64,000 bases of DNA from positions 128,001 through 192,000 of the forward strand of contig JAKFBU010000026.1 of NCBI GenBank assembly GCA_036676985.1, written 5' to 3'. This document shows positions 7,704-19,806 of this stretch, piece after piece (position 1 is the stretch's first letter; every line of letters starts with the position of its first letter). Both the position numbers and the translations under genes were made by a program. The notes below the pieces were generated by a model. The model was given only the letters and a program-made list of their open reading frames with translations, was not told the DNA's origin and made no database searches. Source of the stretch: Candidatus Sericytochromatia bacterium. Its GTDB lineage: Bacteria; Cyanobacteriota; Sericytochromatia; S15B-MN24; UBA4093.

Positions 7704-9523
7704 GTCAGGACTTCCTTCCGCTCGTCCGCCTTGCCCAGGTGGAACTCCTGGTTCTCGCGGAACTCCCGGATGGAGCCGACGACCGCGGCCTCGAGGGCCG
7801 GCATGAGGCTGCGGGCCGAGTCGAGGCGGGTCAGGAAGACGTAGTCCGCCCCCGCGTCGTAGAGGGCCTTCACGTCCGAGACCTGTACGGCGTTGGTCAC
7901 GATGGCGGCCTCCGGGCACATGGTCCTGAGCGCCTTGGTGAGGGCCACGTTGTTGGTGCCCTTGAGGATGTCGTCCGGGATGGTGCAGACGATGACGCGG
8001 GCCTTGTCCACGCCCGCATGCTGCAGCGTCTCGAGGTTGGCGATGTCGCCGTAGTGGGCGGTCGCGCCCCGGCGCTCGATCTCGGGGTGCAGGGCCACGT
8101 TGAAGTCCACCACCAGCGTCTTCTTGAGGAGGTCGGGGTCGTTCTGCTCCAGCTCGTAGAAGAGCGAGGAGGCGACCCGGTGAAAGCCCAGGAGCACGAG
8201 CTCGTAGTCCTCTTCGGCCTCCTCGGCCTGCTTGGCGTTGGCCGGGGCCTTGAAGCCGAGGACCCCCAGCACGGGCGCCAGGCGGTGGTAGAGGTCGTCG
8301 CTCTTGGCGAAAAGCCAGGGGTAGAGGAGCGCGGTGATGACGAAGGCGAAGATGACAGCACCCACGGTCTCGGCGCTCAGGTGCTCGAAGCCGAGGCCCA
8401 GGTAGGCGATGACCAGGCAGAACTCGGAGATGGGGACGAGCCGCGTGGCGGAGACCACCGCGCTGCGGCGGTCGAAGCCCGTCGCGTAGAGCAGGGGCAA
8501 GAAGATCAGGTAGCGTGAGGCGACGGCGAGGCCCGCCATGAGGCCCGCGAGCAGGAGCACGTCGGCGCCGTTCGGCATGGGGATGCCCATGCCGAGGCCC
8601 ACGAAGAAGAGGGTGACGAAGAAGTCCCGGACCGAGGTGACCTTGGTCAGCACCTCGTAGCTGTACGGGAAGGACGCGATCGTCGCCCCGGCGATGAGCG
8701 CCCCCATCTCCAGCGACACCGAGATGGGCAGGTGCAGGCCGAAGAGCCCGAGGATGGTGCCGAGGTTCTGCCCCAGGAGGCCCACGCCGAAGCACCAACC
8801 GGTCGCCGTCACGAGCATGAGCTCCGGGGCGCGCGCGATCCAGTGGAAGGCCGTGGGCAGGATGTAGCGGGCGAACAGGGAGGCTACGCCCACCAGGATG
8901 GCGATGCCCAGCAAGGTCAAGAGGATGGGCTGGAGGTCGGGCTTGGCGAAGTTGGGCTGGATGGCCAGCACGACCATGGCCCAGAGGTCCTGGAAGATCA
9001 GGATGCCGAGCACCATGCGGCCGACGGCCGTGTCGAGTTGGAACTTCTCCTGGAACAGCTTGACGATGAGCAGGGTGGACGAGGCCGCCACCACGATGCC
9101 CACGTAGAGGGGCGTGAACGTGCCCTGCAGGGGCCCCCAGCCGGTCTTGGAGAGCAGGTAGGCCGCACCCGTGCCGAGGGCGACGCACAGCGGGAACTGC
9201 AGGAGGCCCGTCAGGACGAGGGTTTTGCCGGAGGCCAGGAGCTTCTTGAGGTTGATCTCGAGGCCGATGAGGAAGAGCAAGAGCACCAGCCCCAGGTGGG
9301 AGATGGTCTCGATGCTCGCCTTCTCCGTGACCAGCTGCGTGCCGATGGGACCGATGAACACGCCCGCGAACAGGAAGGCCGCGATGGTCGGGACCTTGAA
9401 CCGGGTGAACAGGGCGGCCAGGAGGCCCGCCACCAGCAACGAAAGGCCGATGTCGAAGACCAGGGACTGACCCATCGCCGAATCGGCATGGGCCGCCGCC
9501 GACAGCAAGACCGTAGAGTACAC
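7700..9523 (-). CDS. CPA2/Kef-type cation:proton antiporter with C-terminal RCK_N (TrkA-N) domain
   Basis: Many TM helices, LFLIGLE, ILIFQD, DFFVTLFFVGLG, HYGDIAN..LQHAGVDKA; start approximate (GTG 9523). Confidence 0.9.
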   Translation of the reverse strand: MYSTVLLSAAAHADSAMGQSLVFDIGLSLLVAGLLAALFTRFKVPTIAAFLFAGVFIGPIGTQLVTEKASIETISHLGLVLLLFLIGLEINLKKLLASGKTLVLTGLLQFPLCVALGTGAAYLLSKTGWGPLQGTFTPLYVGIVVAASSTLLIVKLFQEKFQLDTAVGRMVLGILIFQDLWAMVVLAIQPNFAKPDLQPILLTLLGIAILVGVASLFARYILPTAFHWIARAPELMLVTATGWCFGVGLLGQNLGTILGLFGLHLPISVSLEMGALIAGATIASFPYSYEVLTKVTSVRDFFVTLFFVGLGMGIPMPNGADVLLLAGLMAGLAVASRYLIFLPLLYATGFDRRSAVVSATRLVPISEFCLVIAYLGLGFEHLSAETVGAVIFAFVITALLYPWLFAKSDDLYHRLAPVLGVLGFKAPANAKQAEEAEEDYELVLLGFHRVASSLFYELEQNDPDLLKKTLVVDFNVALHPEIERRGATAHYGDIANLETLQHAGVDKARVIVCTIPDDILKGTNNVALTKALRTMCPEAAIVTNAVQVSDVKALYDAGADYVFLTRLDSARSLMPALEAAVVGSIREFRENQEFHLGKADERKEVLT

Positions 9524-9628
9524 GCCACTTTCCTTTCGCACGCGCCGACCGGCCCCAAGAGGCCTGTTGCTACTTTATGCCAAGGAGGGGGCCAAGCGTA
9601 ACGTTGGCCCGGAACCCGCGGAAGGGAG

Positions 9629-9657
9629 TTGACGGGAACCAAATTTAGAGTTATTCT
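9629..9657 (+). promoter_or_regulatory. sigma70 promoter of perR-trxB-ahpC (likely leaderless)
   Basis: TTGACG(9629)-N17-TATTCT(9652-9657); ATG begins 8 nt after the -10 and has no SD. Confidence 0.7.
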
Positions 9658-9661
9658 AAAT
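9643..9661. promoter_or_regulatory. Per box (PerR operator)
   Basis: ATTTAGAGTTATTCTAAAT palindrome; core TTAGAGT-T-ATTCTAA matches TTATAATnATTATAA at 11/14; overlaps the -10. Confidence 0.8.
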
Positions 9662-9664
9662 CTT

Positions 9665-10084
9665 ATGCAGTTCAAGCCCTCGTGCCTAACCCCCAGCGAG
9701 ATCGAGGCCGTGCTCAAGCGGGCCGGGATCAACCCCACCGCGCAGCGCATCGCCATTTGCCGCTTCGTGCTGTGCGAGGCGGATCACCCGAGTGCCGAGA
9801 CGATCAAGCAGTGGGTCGACGCCAACTTCCCCAAGATGAGCCTCGCGACCGTCTACAACACCCTGCGCGTGCTGGTGGAGGGCGGGCTCCTCAAGGAGCT
9901 CAAGCTGCCCCACACCGATAGCGTCCTCTACGACAACAACCTCGACGAGCACTACCACTTCCTCGACGAACGCACCGGCGAGCTCCTCGACATCGATCCG
10001 GCGGCCTTGAGCCTGTCGCCCAAGCTGGGCGAGGGTTTCCGCATCACCGGGGTCGAGGTGCTCGTCCGCGGCACCCGCACCTAA
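9665..10084 (+). CDS. perR: Fur-family peroxide regulator (PerR/Irr-like, no CXXC Zn site)
   Basis: TAQRIAI, DHPSAE, SLATVYNTL, DEHYHF; first gene before trxB-ahpC. Confidence 0.85.
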   Translation: MQFKPSCLTPSEIEAVLKRAGINPTAQRIAICRFVLCEADHPSAETIKQWVDANFPKMSLATVYNTLRVLVEGGLLKELKLPHTDSVLYDNNLDEHYHFLDERTGELLDIDPAALSLSPKLGEGFRITGVEVLVRGTRT

Positions 10085-11050
<966 letters not shown>

Positions 11051-11107
11051 CCGTCCGGCCCCACTAGGCGGGGCCTCTCGCCTGCCACCCACCATCAAGG
11101 AGGAACG

Positions 11108-11710
11108 ATGCTTCAACCCACCAACGCCGCCCCCCAGTTCAAGGCCACCGCGGTCGTCGACGGCCAGTTCAAGGAGATCTCCCTTGCCGACTACAAGGGC
11201 AAGAACGTCGTCCTGTTCTTCTATCCGCTCGACTTCACCTTCGTCTGCCCCACCGAGATCCTCGGCTTCTCGGATCGGATCGCGGAGTTCCGTCAGCGCA
11301 ACACCGAGGTGATCGGCATCTCGACCGACTCCAAGTTCTCCCACCTCGCCTGGACCAACACGGCGCGCGCCGAGGGCGGCATCGAGGGGCTGAGCTACCC
11401 GCTGGTCGCCGACTTCACCAAGGAGATCGCCCGCAGCTACGGCGTCCTCAAGGATGACGAGGGCGTGGCCTTCCGCGGCCTGTTCCTCATCGACAAGAAC
11501 GGCGTGATCCAGCACATGGTCGTCAACAACCTGCCCCTGGGCCGCTCGGTCGACGAGACCCTGCGCATGGTCGACGCCTTGACCCACTTCGAGACCCACG
11601 GTGAGGTCTGCCCCATCGACTGGAAGCCCGGCAAGGACACGATCGTGCCCGACGTCGCCAAGTCGAAGACCTTCTTCCAGAAGACCGCCAAGACCCCCGC
11701 GACCGTCTAG
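11108..11710 (+). CDS. ahpC: Typical 2-Cys peroxiredoxin
   Basis: [12 protein letters not shown] and EVCP motifs. Confidence 0.95.
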   Translation: MLQPTNAAPQFKATAVVDGQFKEISLADYKGKNVVLFFYPLDFTFVCPTEILGFSDRIAEFRQRNTEVIGISTDSKFSHLAWTNTARAEGGIEGLSYPLVADFTKEIARSYGVLKDDEGVAFRGLFLIDKNGVIQHMVVNNLPLGRSVDETLRMVDALTHFETHGEVCPIDWKPGKDTIVPDVAKSKTFFQKTAKTPATV

Positions 11711-11722
11711 GACGGAACCCTG

Positions 11723-11749
11723 CGCCCCGCCTCTTCAAGAGGCGGGGCG
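11723..11749 (+). terminator. Hairpin terminator after ahpC
   Basis: CGCCCCGCCTCTT-C-AAGAGGCGGGGCG. Confidence 0.7.
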
Positions 11750-11853
11750 TTCGCGTGCGCGCCGCGATCGCCGATCCCCCGCCGAAACCGCTAGTTGAGG
11801 CTAGGACTCCGCGGACCTCGCCGCTACAATCACCCCCGAGAGGAGGTGGCACG

Positions 11854-12174
11854 ATGGCAGCAATCGGTGTGGGCCTGGAGACGTTCGCGGACCTCAAGCG
11901 CCGCCTGGAGCGGGCGGTGCAGGACGACTTCGACCGGGAATTGCTCGGTTGCCTGAACCAGCTGGACGAGGCGAAGTACAACGCGCTCGTGAGCCGGGCC
12001 AGGGGCGTGGTGGGGGCCATCCGCGAGCGCATGCGGCACCCCGGTCGCATCGGCAACGAGATCATCGAGCGCTACCACACGCCGTGCGAGCAGGCGGTGC
12101 TGTCCTACCTGATCCTGGCCCAGGGCGTGGGCGAAGACAACCTGTTCCGCTACGTGACGTTCGCGGGCTTCTAG
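11854..12174 (+). CDS. Hypothetical helical protein (106 aa)
   Basis: AGGAGGT RBS, upstream TACAAT, GC3-rich codons. Confidence 0.75.
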   Translation: MAAIGVGLETFADLKRRLERAVQDDFDRELLGCLNQLDEAKYNALVSRARGVVGAIRERMRHPGRIGNEIIERYHTPCEQAVLSYLILAQGVGEDNLFRYVTFAGF

Positions 12175-12361
12175 GGGCCGTCCGCTCGCCGGTATCCCGA
12201 GCGCATGGGCTTCTGGTCGTCGAAGCGGCGCTCCCCGGGCGGGGAAGCGCCCGTTGTGCGCGGGCGATTTTTGCTCCCTCATGGAGAGGCATGGCGGCAA
12301 ATCCTCGATCGGCTGAGCGTCTGCCGTTCGATCGGGTCTTGCGGCTACGAAGGAGGGAGAC

Positions 12362-13471
12362 ATGCTCAGAGGCTTGAGCCTGCTCGGATTGGGTGCCGGG
12401 CTGATGTACATGCTGGACCCGGATCGCGGCACCAGCCGACGGGCGCTATTCCGGGACAAGGCGATCGGCATGGCGGACTCCGCCGCCGACGGGCTGGAGG
12501 TGGCGACCCGCGACCTGAATCATCGGGCGATCGGAGTGGTCTCCGAGCTGCGCTCGCGCTGGAACCCGATCGAGGTCACGGACGACCTGCTGGCACAGCG
12601 GGTCCGCTCCAAGCTGGGGCGCTGGGTCTCGCACCCACGGGCCATCCAGGTGCAGACCGAGAACGGCAAGGTGATCCTCATGGGGCTCATCCTGCGCCAT
12701 GAGGTCGAGCCGCTGATCGTGGCCGTGAGTCGGGTGTCTGGCGTCCATGAGGTCGAAAACGCCCTGGAGGTGCACGACACGGCCGACCACGTCCCGAGCC
12801 TGCAGGGCGGCGAGCCGCGCATGGAGGTGCCCGAGCTCGCGCAGGAAGCGTGGACGCCGGCCGTGCGCCTGCTGGCCGGCACGGGCGGCGGCCTGCTCGC
12901 CGTGAGCGGTCTGGCCCGCCGCGGGATCGTGGGCACGCTCCTGTCGATCGCAGGGGCGGGACTCCTGGCCCGGGCCGCCTCCAACCGGCCGCTGGATCGC
13001 CTCATCGGCGCAGCGGCCGGGAGCCGGGGGATCGTGGTCCAGAAGACCGTCACCCTCGACGTGCCCATCGAGCAGGTCTTCGACCTGTGGGATCACCCGG
13101 AGCACTTCCCGCGCTTCATGGACCACATCCTCGAGGTGCGGCCCCTGGGCGAAGGCCGCTACCACTGGGTCGTGGCGGGCCCCGCGGGCGTGCCCGTGGA
13201 GTGGGACGCCGTCGTCACCCAGCGCGACGAGAATCGCCTGATCGCCTGGAAGAGCACCGAGGACCAGCTGATCGAGAATGCGGGCCTGGTGCACTTCGAG
13301 CGCGCGGGCGAGAACGCCACGCGCCTCAACATCCGCCTGACCTACAACCCGCCCGCGGGCATCCTGGGGCACGCGGTGGCGAACTTCTTCCGGGCGGATC
13401 CCAAGCACGAGATGGACATCGACTTCGTGCGGGTCAAGCAGCTCCTGGAGTCGGGGGCGACCTGGCAGTAA
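12362..13471 (+). CDS. BON domain + SRPBCC (cyclase/dehydrase) domain protein
   Basis: D..LAQRVRSKL...IQVQTENGKVILMG...VSGVHEVENAL (BON); FPRFM..ILEV...HW.V.GPAG..VEWDA (SRPBCC). Confidence 0.85.
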   Translation: MLRGLSLLGLGAGLMYMLDPDRGTSRRALFRDKAIGMADSAADGLEVATRDLNHRAIGVVSELRSRWNPIEVTDDLLAQRVRSKLGRWVSHPRAIQVQTENGKVILMGLILRHEVEPLIVAVSRVSGVHEVENALEVHDTADHVPSLQGGEPRMEVPELAQEAWTPAVRLLAGTGGGLLAVSGLARRGIVGTLLSIAGAGLLARAASNRPLDRLIGAAAGSRGIVVQKTVTLDVPIEQVFDLWDHPEHFPRFMDHILEVRPLGEGRYHWVVAGPAGVPVEWDAVVTQRDENRLIAWKSTEDQLIENAGLVHFERAGENATRLNIRLTYNPPAGILGHAVANFFRADPKHEMDIDFVRVKQLLESGATWQ

Positions 13472-13472
13472 G

Positions 13473-13504
13473 AAAGGGGGCGGTCCCGCGGGACCGCCCC
13501 CTCT
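13473..13504. terminator. Bidirectional terminator
   Basis: AGGGGGCGGTCCC-GC-GGGACCGCCCCCT between convergent genes. Confidence 0.8.
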
Positions 13505-13516
13505 ACTTGGGGTGGA

Positions 13517-15476
<1,960 letters not shown>

Positions 15477-15520
15477 GGTGCGGAACCTCCTAGAGGCAAT
15501 GATGAAATATGGGTGGCACG

Positions 15521-15553
15521 CTGTTAGCACTCCTCTGGGGTGAGTGCTAACAG
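15521..15553. promoter_or_regulatory. CIRCE element (HrcA operator)
   Basis: Perfect TTAGCACTC-N9-GAGTGCTAA (15524-15550), extended by CTG/CAG. Confidence 0.97.
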
Positions 15554-15557
15554 CGAA

Positions 15558-15586
15558 ATTCTAATCAAGCCTCCGGCGCTTGGCAA
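15558..15586 (-). promoter_or_regulatory. sigma70 promoter of groESL
   Basis: TTGCCA-N17-TAGAAT immediately upstream of CIRCE. Confidence 0.85.
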
Positions 15587-15607
15587 GGGGGATCGGAGGG
15601 CCCGTCG

Positions 15608-15674
15608 AAAAAATTCACGTCCCAGCGGACACCCCCTCGCCACTTAATGGCGAGGGGGTGTCCGCTGGGACGTG
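15608..15674 (-). terminator. Very long-stem (27 bp perfect) terminator-like hairpin after bcp
   Basis: 15616-15642 is the exact reverse complement of 15648-15674; AAUUUUUU follows on the minus strand. Confidence 0.75.
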
Positions 15675-15680
15675 GTGGGG

Positions 15681-16148
15681 CTAGAGGCTCGCCAGGACCG
15701 CCTGGGCGTGGCCCTTTACCTTGACCTGGCGGTGCGCCTGGCGGACGGTGCCGTCCGGGGCGATGACGAAGGTGGAGCGCAGGACGCCCATGTGAACCTT
15801 GCCGTAGAGCTTCTTCTCGCCCCACGCGCCGTAGGCCGTGAGCACCTGGTGCATGGGATCGCTCAACAGGAAGAAGTTGAGCTGGTGCTTGGCGAGGAAC
15901 TTCTGGTGGCTCGAGACGGGGTCGGGGCTCACGCCCACGACGACGGCGCTTTCCGCGTAGGCGGGCGAGAGGTCCCGGAAGTCGCACGCCTCGTTGGTGC
16001 AGCCCGGGGTGTGGTCCTTGGGATAGAAGTAGAGCACGACGTGCTTGCCGTCCTTGAGGAGGTCGGACAAGCGCACTTCCCGCTCGGCGCCCGTGGGGTC
16101 GATGCCCGGGAGCGCGAAGTCGGGGGCCTGGGATCCGAGAGCGAGCAT
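15681..16148 (-). CDS. bcp: Peroxiredoxin Q / BCP
   Basis: LYFYPKDHTPGCTNEACDFRD. Confidence 0.95.
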   Translation of the reverse strand: MLALGSQAPDFALPGIDPTGAEREVRLSDLLKDGKHVVLYFYPKDHTPGCTNEACDFRDLSPAYAESAVVVGVSPDPVSSHQKFLAKHQLNFFLLSDPMHQVLTAYGAWGEKKLYGKVHMGVLRSTFVIAPDGTVRQAHRQVKVKGHAQAVLASL

Positions 16149-16343
16149 GGGGTCTCCTTTGCAAAGAGGCGATCCCTTCCAGCAAGCCATGACTCCGCGC
16201 GTCTGGCAAGTCGGGGCCGCGCGCACAGCGCATGCCCAGTCTCCTTCCCGGGTTCGGGCTGACGACCGCCTCCGGGCGTCGGTTGGGAGCGGAGTTCATA
16301 ACTGTTAACATGGCGCGTGCCGCCACGAGCAAAGGGGGAGACC

Positions 16344-16685
16344 ATGAGCGACGACCGAAAGACGCGCCAAGCGCGCATGGACACCAAGGAGAACCTGTCG
16401 CGTACGGGGGCTAGGCCCGAGCCGCTGTCGGGCGAGGCCAAGGGCGCGCTGGGTGGGGATGCGGGCTACATCACGGCCGAAGACGTCCGGCGCAGCGCGG
16501 TGGCGCCCTCCGGCGCGCGGCCCGCGCCCTCCGGCACCGGAGCCCCCGAGGGGACGAGCGGTGGCAACACCGGCAACGTCGCCTACAGCCCGCAGCCGGG
16601 CCCGACGACCGCCGCATCCGCCGAGACCGGGGCGACCGCGACCCACCGGGAGCAAGGGGTGGATGCCGGGCGCCGGCTCGACTAA
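16344..16685 (+). CDS. Small Gly/Ala/Thr-rich, probably disordered hypothetical protein
   Basis: GGGGAG RBS; hydrophilic low-complexity sequence; 18 bp before next gene. Confidence 0.65.
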   Translation: MSDDRKTRQARMDTKENLSRTGARPEPLSGEAKGALGGDAGYITAEDVRRSAVAPSGARPAPSGTGAPEGTSGGNTGNVAYSPQPGPTTAASAETGATATHREQGVDAGRRLD

Positions 16686-16703
16686 GGTCCAAGGAGGCGC
16701 TCT

Positions 16704-17372
16704 GTGACCCACCAGACCAGCTTCGAGATGCGCCTCGACGCCTTCGAGGTCGGCACGGAGCGCGAGGGCTATCGGCCCGTCCGGGCCCGCACCAGCCGCG
16801 GGGACCTGCACTTCCGCTGGTACCCCGCGGTGGGCGCCACCCGGGCCGTCGTCTGGATCGGCGGGGTCGGAGGCGGCTGGGACACGCCGGCCTCCGACCT
16901 CTACCCCACGCTCGCCCGGGAGCTTGCCGGGCAGGGGATCTCCTCCCTACGCGTCCGGTTCCGGCATCCGGGACGCCTCGAGGAGTGCGTGCTCGACGTG
17001 CTCGCGGGGATCGGCTTTCTCGCGAACGAAGGCATCGAGCGGATGGGCGTGGTGGGCCACAGCTTCGGTGGGGCCGTCGCCATCCAGGTCGGGGTGCAGT
17101 CCGATCGGGTCCGCACGGTGGCGACGCTCGCCACCCAGAGCTACGGCGCCGAGTGCGTGGATCGCCTCCCGCCCGCGACCTCGCTCCTGCTCATGCATGG
17201 CAGGGACGACCCGGTCCTGCCGACGTTCTGCTCCGAGCACCTGGCGGAGCTGGCGCATGATCCGAAGCGGCTGGTAATCTTCGAAGGAGCCGGCCACTGC
17301 CTGGAGGAGGTCGCCCCCGAGGTCCGCACGACGGTGCGGAACTGGCTGACGGCCGAGCTCGGCGAAGCCTAG
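16704..17372 (+). CDS. Alpha/beta hydrolase
   Basis: GHSFG nucleophile elbow, HGRDD, GAGH. Confidence 0.9.
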   Translation: MTHQTSFEMRLDAFEVGTEREGYRPVRARTSRGDLHFRWYPAVGATRAVVWIGGVGGGWDTPASDLYPTLARELAGQGISSLRVRFRHPGRLEECVLDVLAGIGFLANEGIERMGVVGHSFGGAVAIQVGVQSDRVRTVATLATQSYGAECVDRLPPATSLLLMHGRDDPVLPTFCSEHLAELAHDPKRLVIFEGAGHCLEEVAPEVRTTVRNWLTAELGEA

Positions 17373-17384
17373 AAAGGACGCACC

Positions 17385-18362
17385 TTGTCCTGGATCGACA
17401 CCCTCGCGGTCCTCCTGATCGCCTTTCACCTGGTGGGGGGCTATCAGGCGGGCCTCGTCCGCAGCATGTTCAGCCTGCTCGGCCTCGCGGTGGCGCTGGT
17501 CGCCGTGCTCCTCGGGGCGCCGTGGCTCGCGGCCATGGCGGCGCCCGGGCGCTCCACCTGGCAGGCCTGGCTGACGCTCGCCCTGGCGATCGTGCTGCCT
17601 CTCCTCTTCGGCCGCCTGTTGCGGGCAGGCTTCGCGCGCCTGGAGCCCCGCATGCGGGTGGAGCGCTGGCGGCACGCGAACCGCTGGCTCGGCCTCTTGC
17701 CGGGGGCCCTGTGGGGCGGCCTCGGGGCCCTGGTGCTCACCTGGCTCTACGCCTCCTTCGTGGCGCCCCTGCCCGCGAGCTCGGTGGTGGCCGCGCGCCT
17801 CCTGGAGGCGGGCGGAGCCCCGCTGGAGCATGCGGTGTCGGTGGCCCAGCAGGGGTTCCCGAAGATCCTCGTCACCGAGGAGGGCTGGGAGGTCCTGCCG
17901 GCCCAGGCCCGGACGGCGACGGCGGTCGCGCCGACCAAGCTGGAGCAGGACATGCTCGCCCTGGTGAACCGGGAGCGGAAACAGCGGGGGCTGACGTCCC
18001 TGCGCTGGGACGGGGCGCTGGCGGAGGTGGGCCGCGCGCACTCGCGCGACATGCTCGCCCGGAGCTACTTCGCCCACGAGGACCCGGAGGGGCGGAGCGC
18101 CGCGGACCGCGCGGCGCGCGCCGGGGTGTCCTACCTCATGCTGGGGGAGAACCTGGCGTTCGCGCCCAACCTGCGCGTCGCCCACCAGGGGCTCATGAAG
18201 AGCCCGGGGCACCGGGAGAACATCCTGCGGCCGCAGTTCCGGCGCCTGGGCGTCGGCATCGTGCGGATTCCCGCCGACGCGCGGTTCCACCCCAAAGGGC
18301 AGCGGGTGCCGCCGGGACGGTACGGCGGGTATCTGATCGCGACGCAGGTGTTCGCGAAGTAG
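17385..18362 (+). CDS. CvpA (colicin V production)-CAP/SCP domain fusion
   Basis: N-terminal WID..GYQAGL TM block; LVNRER..GL, HSRDM..YFAH, GENLA, LMKSPGHRENIL. Confidence 0.85.
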   Translation: MSWIDTLAVLLIAFHLVGGYQAGLVRSMFSLLGLAVALVAVLLGAPWLAAMAAPGRSTWQAWLTLALAIVLPLLFGRLLRAGFARLEPRMRVERWRHANRWLGLLPGALWGGLGALVLTWLYASFVAPLPASSVVAARLLEAGGAPLEHAVSVAQQGFPKILVTEEGWEVLPAQARTATAVAPTKLEQDMLALVNRERKQRGLTSLRWDGALAEVGRAHSRDMLARSYFAHEDPEGRSAADRAARAGVSYLMLGENLAFAPNLRVAHQGLMKSPGHRENILRPQFRRLGVGIVRIPADARFHPKGQRVPPGRYGGYLIATQVFAK

Positions 18363-18379
18363 GGCCGAGACCTCCGGAT

Positions 18380-19702
18380 CTACGTCTCGACGGCCTCACC
18401 GGACTCCGCGGCCTCGGTCTCGGGCGCCCGCGGCTCCATGCGCACGCGCACGATCCGCAGGTGGTCCACCTCCGTGACCTGGAAGACCATCCCGTTCTCC
18501 TCGATGCTGTCGCCCACCAGGGGCGCGCGGCCGAGACGGGAGTAGAGCCAGCCGCCGAGCGAATCCTCCTCGGCCTCGATCTCCCAACCGAAACGCTCGT
18601 TGAGCTCCACGAGCAGCATCCGGCCATCGATGGAGTAAATCTCGCCGTCCAGCTCGATGCTCGGCCGCTCATCGTCGAACTCGTCCTGGATCTCGCCCAC
18701 GATCTCCTCGAGGATGTCCTCGATGGTGAGCATGCCCGCCGTGCCGCCGTACTCGTCCATGACCAGCGCCAGGTGCGCGCGGGCCTTCTGCATCTGCTTG
18801 AGCACCGCGCTGATCTCGAGGCTCGCGGGCACGGCCAGGATCTTGCGGGTGATCCGGTCCAGGTTGTGCTCCTTGGTCGTGTAGAGGTCCCGGATGTGGA
18901 TGAAGCCGACGATGTCGTCCTTGCTGGCGTTACAGACCGGGTAGCGGGTGTGCTGCTCCTGCTCCGCGATGGCCACGTTCTCGGCGAACGGGTCGTTGCG
19001 GTCCAGGCAGATCATGTCGACGCGCGGCACCATGATCTCGCGGGCGACCCGCCCCGAGAAGTGGAACATGTTGTCGAACATGGCGAGCTCTTCCGCGTCG
19101 ATGAGGCCGCTCTTGGCGCTCTCCTTCATCAGGATGCGGATCTCCTCTTCCGTGTGGGCCGACTCGCTCTCCGAGACCGGGTCGATGCCGATCAGCTGCA
19201 TCAAGCGGTTGGCCATGCCGTTCATGAGCCAGATGGCCGGGAAGAAGAGGGTGTGGAAGAAGCGCAGCGGCATGGCCGCGAACAGGGTCGTGCCCTCCGA
19301 CTTGCGGATGGCGAGCGACTTGGGCGCGAGCTCCCCGATGACGATGTGCAGGAAGGTGATGACCGTGAACGCGACCGCAAAGGCGATCGTGTGGGTCACG
19401 CTCGCCGGCACGCCCAGCGATTGCATGGCCGGCTCGATCAGACGGGCGATGGCGGGCTCGCCCAGAGCACCCAGGGCCAGGGAGGAGAGGGTAATGCCGA
19501 GCTGGCATGCCGACAGGTAGGCATCCAGGTGGGTGACGACGTGGTGGGCCATCTTGGCCCGCGAGTGGCCTTCTTCCACCAGCTGGTGGAGGCGGCTGGG
19601 CCGGACCTTGACCATGGCGAACTCGGCCGCCACGAAAAAGCCGTTGAGAAGCGTGAAGAAAACGACGAGGAACAGGCTCAGGCCTATACTGGGAACGTCC
19701 AT
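18380..19702 (-). CDS. Hemolysin-family/CNNM-CBS-CorC membrane protein
   Basis: NGFFVAAEFA, QLGIT, GELAPKS, MVPR, DEYGGTAG, EEIVGEIQDEFD. Confidence 0.95.
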   Translation of the reverse strand: MDVPSIGLSLFLVVFFTLLNGFFVAAEFAMVKVRPSRLHQLVEEGHSRAKMAHHVVTHLDAYLSACQLGITLSSLALGALGEPAIARLIEPAMQSLGVPASVTHTIAFAVAFTVITFLHIVIGELAPKSLAIRKSEGTTLFAAMPLRFFHTLFFPAIWLMNGMANRLMQLIGIDPVSESESAHTEEEIRILMKESAKSGLIDAEELAMFDNMFHFSGRVAREIMVPRVDMICLDRNDPFAENVAIAEQEQHTRYPVCNASKDDIVGFIHIRDLYTTKEHNLDRITRKILAVPASLEISAVLKQMQKARAHLALVMDEYGGTAGMLTIEDILEEIVGEIQDEFDDERPSIELDGEIYSIDGRMLLVELNERFGWEIEAEEDSLGGWLYSRLGRAPLVGDSIEENGMVFQVTEVDHLRIVRVRMEPRAPETEAAESGEAVET

Positions 19703-19806
19703 AAGTTGGTCGCCGGAGCGACGGTTCTTTCTTCCTTTCAGGTCAAACGGGGCCCGTCTCGACGCGCCCCGCCCTCATTATAGCAAATCGATCGAGGCGG
19801 CCTCGG

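Noticed and set aside
12175-12361. Overlapping hairpins before the BON-SRPBCC gene as an RNA switch
   Set aside because: Short GC-only stems expected by chance at this GC content; adequately explained as the terminator of the upstream gene.
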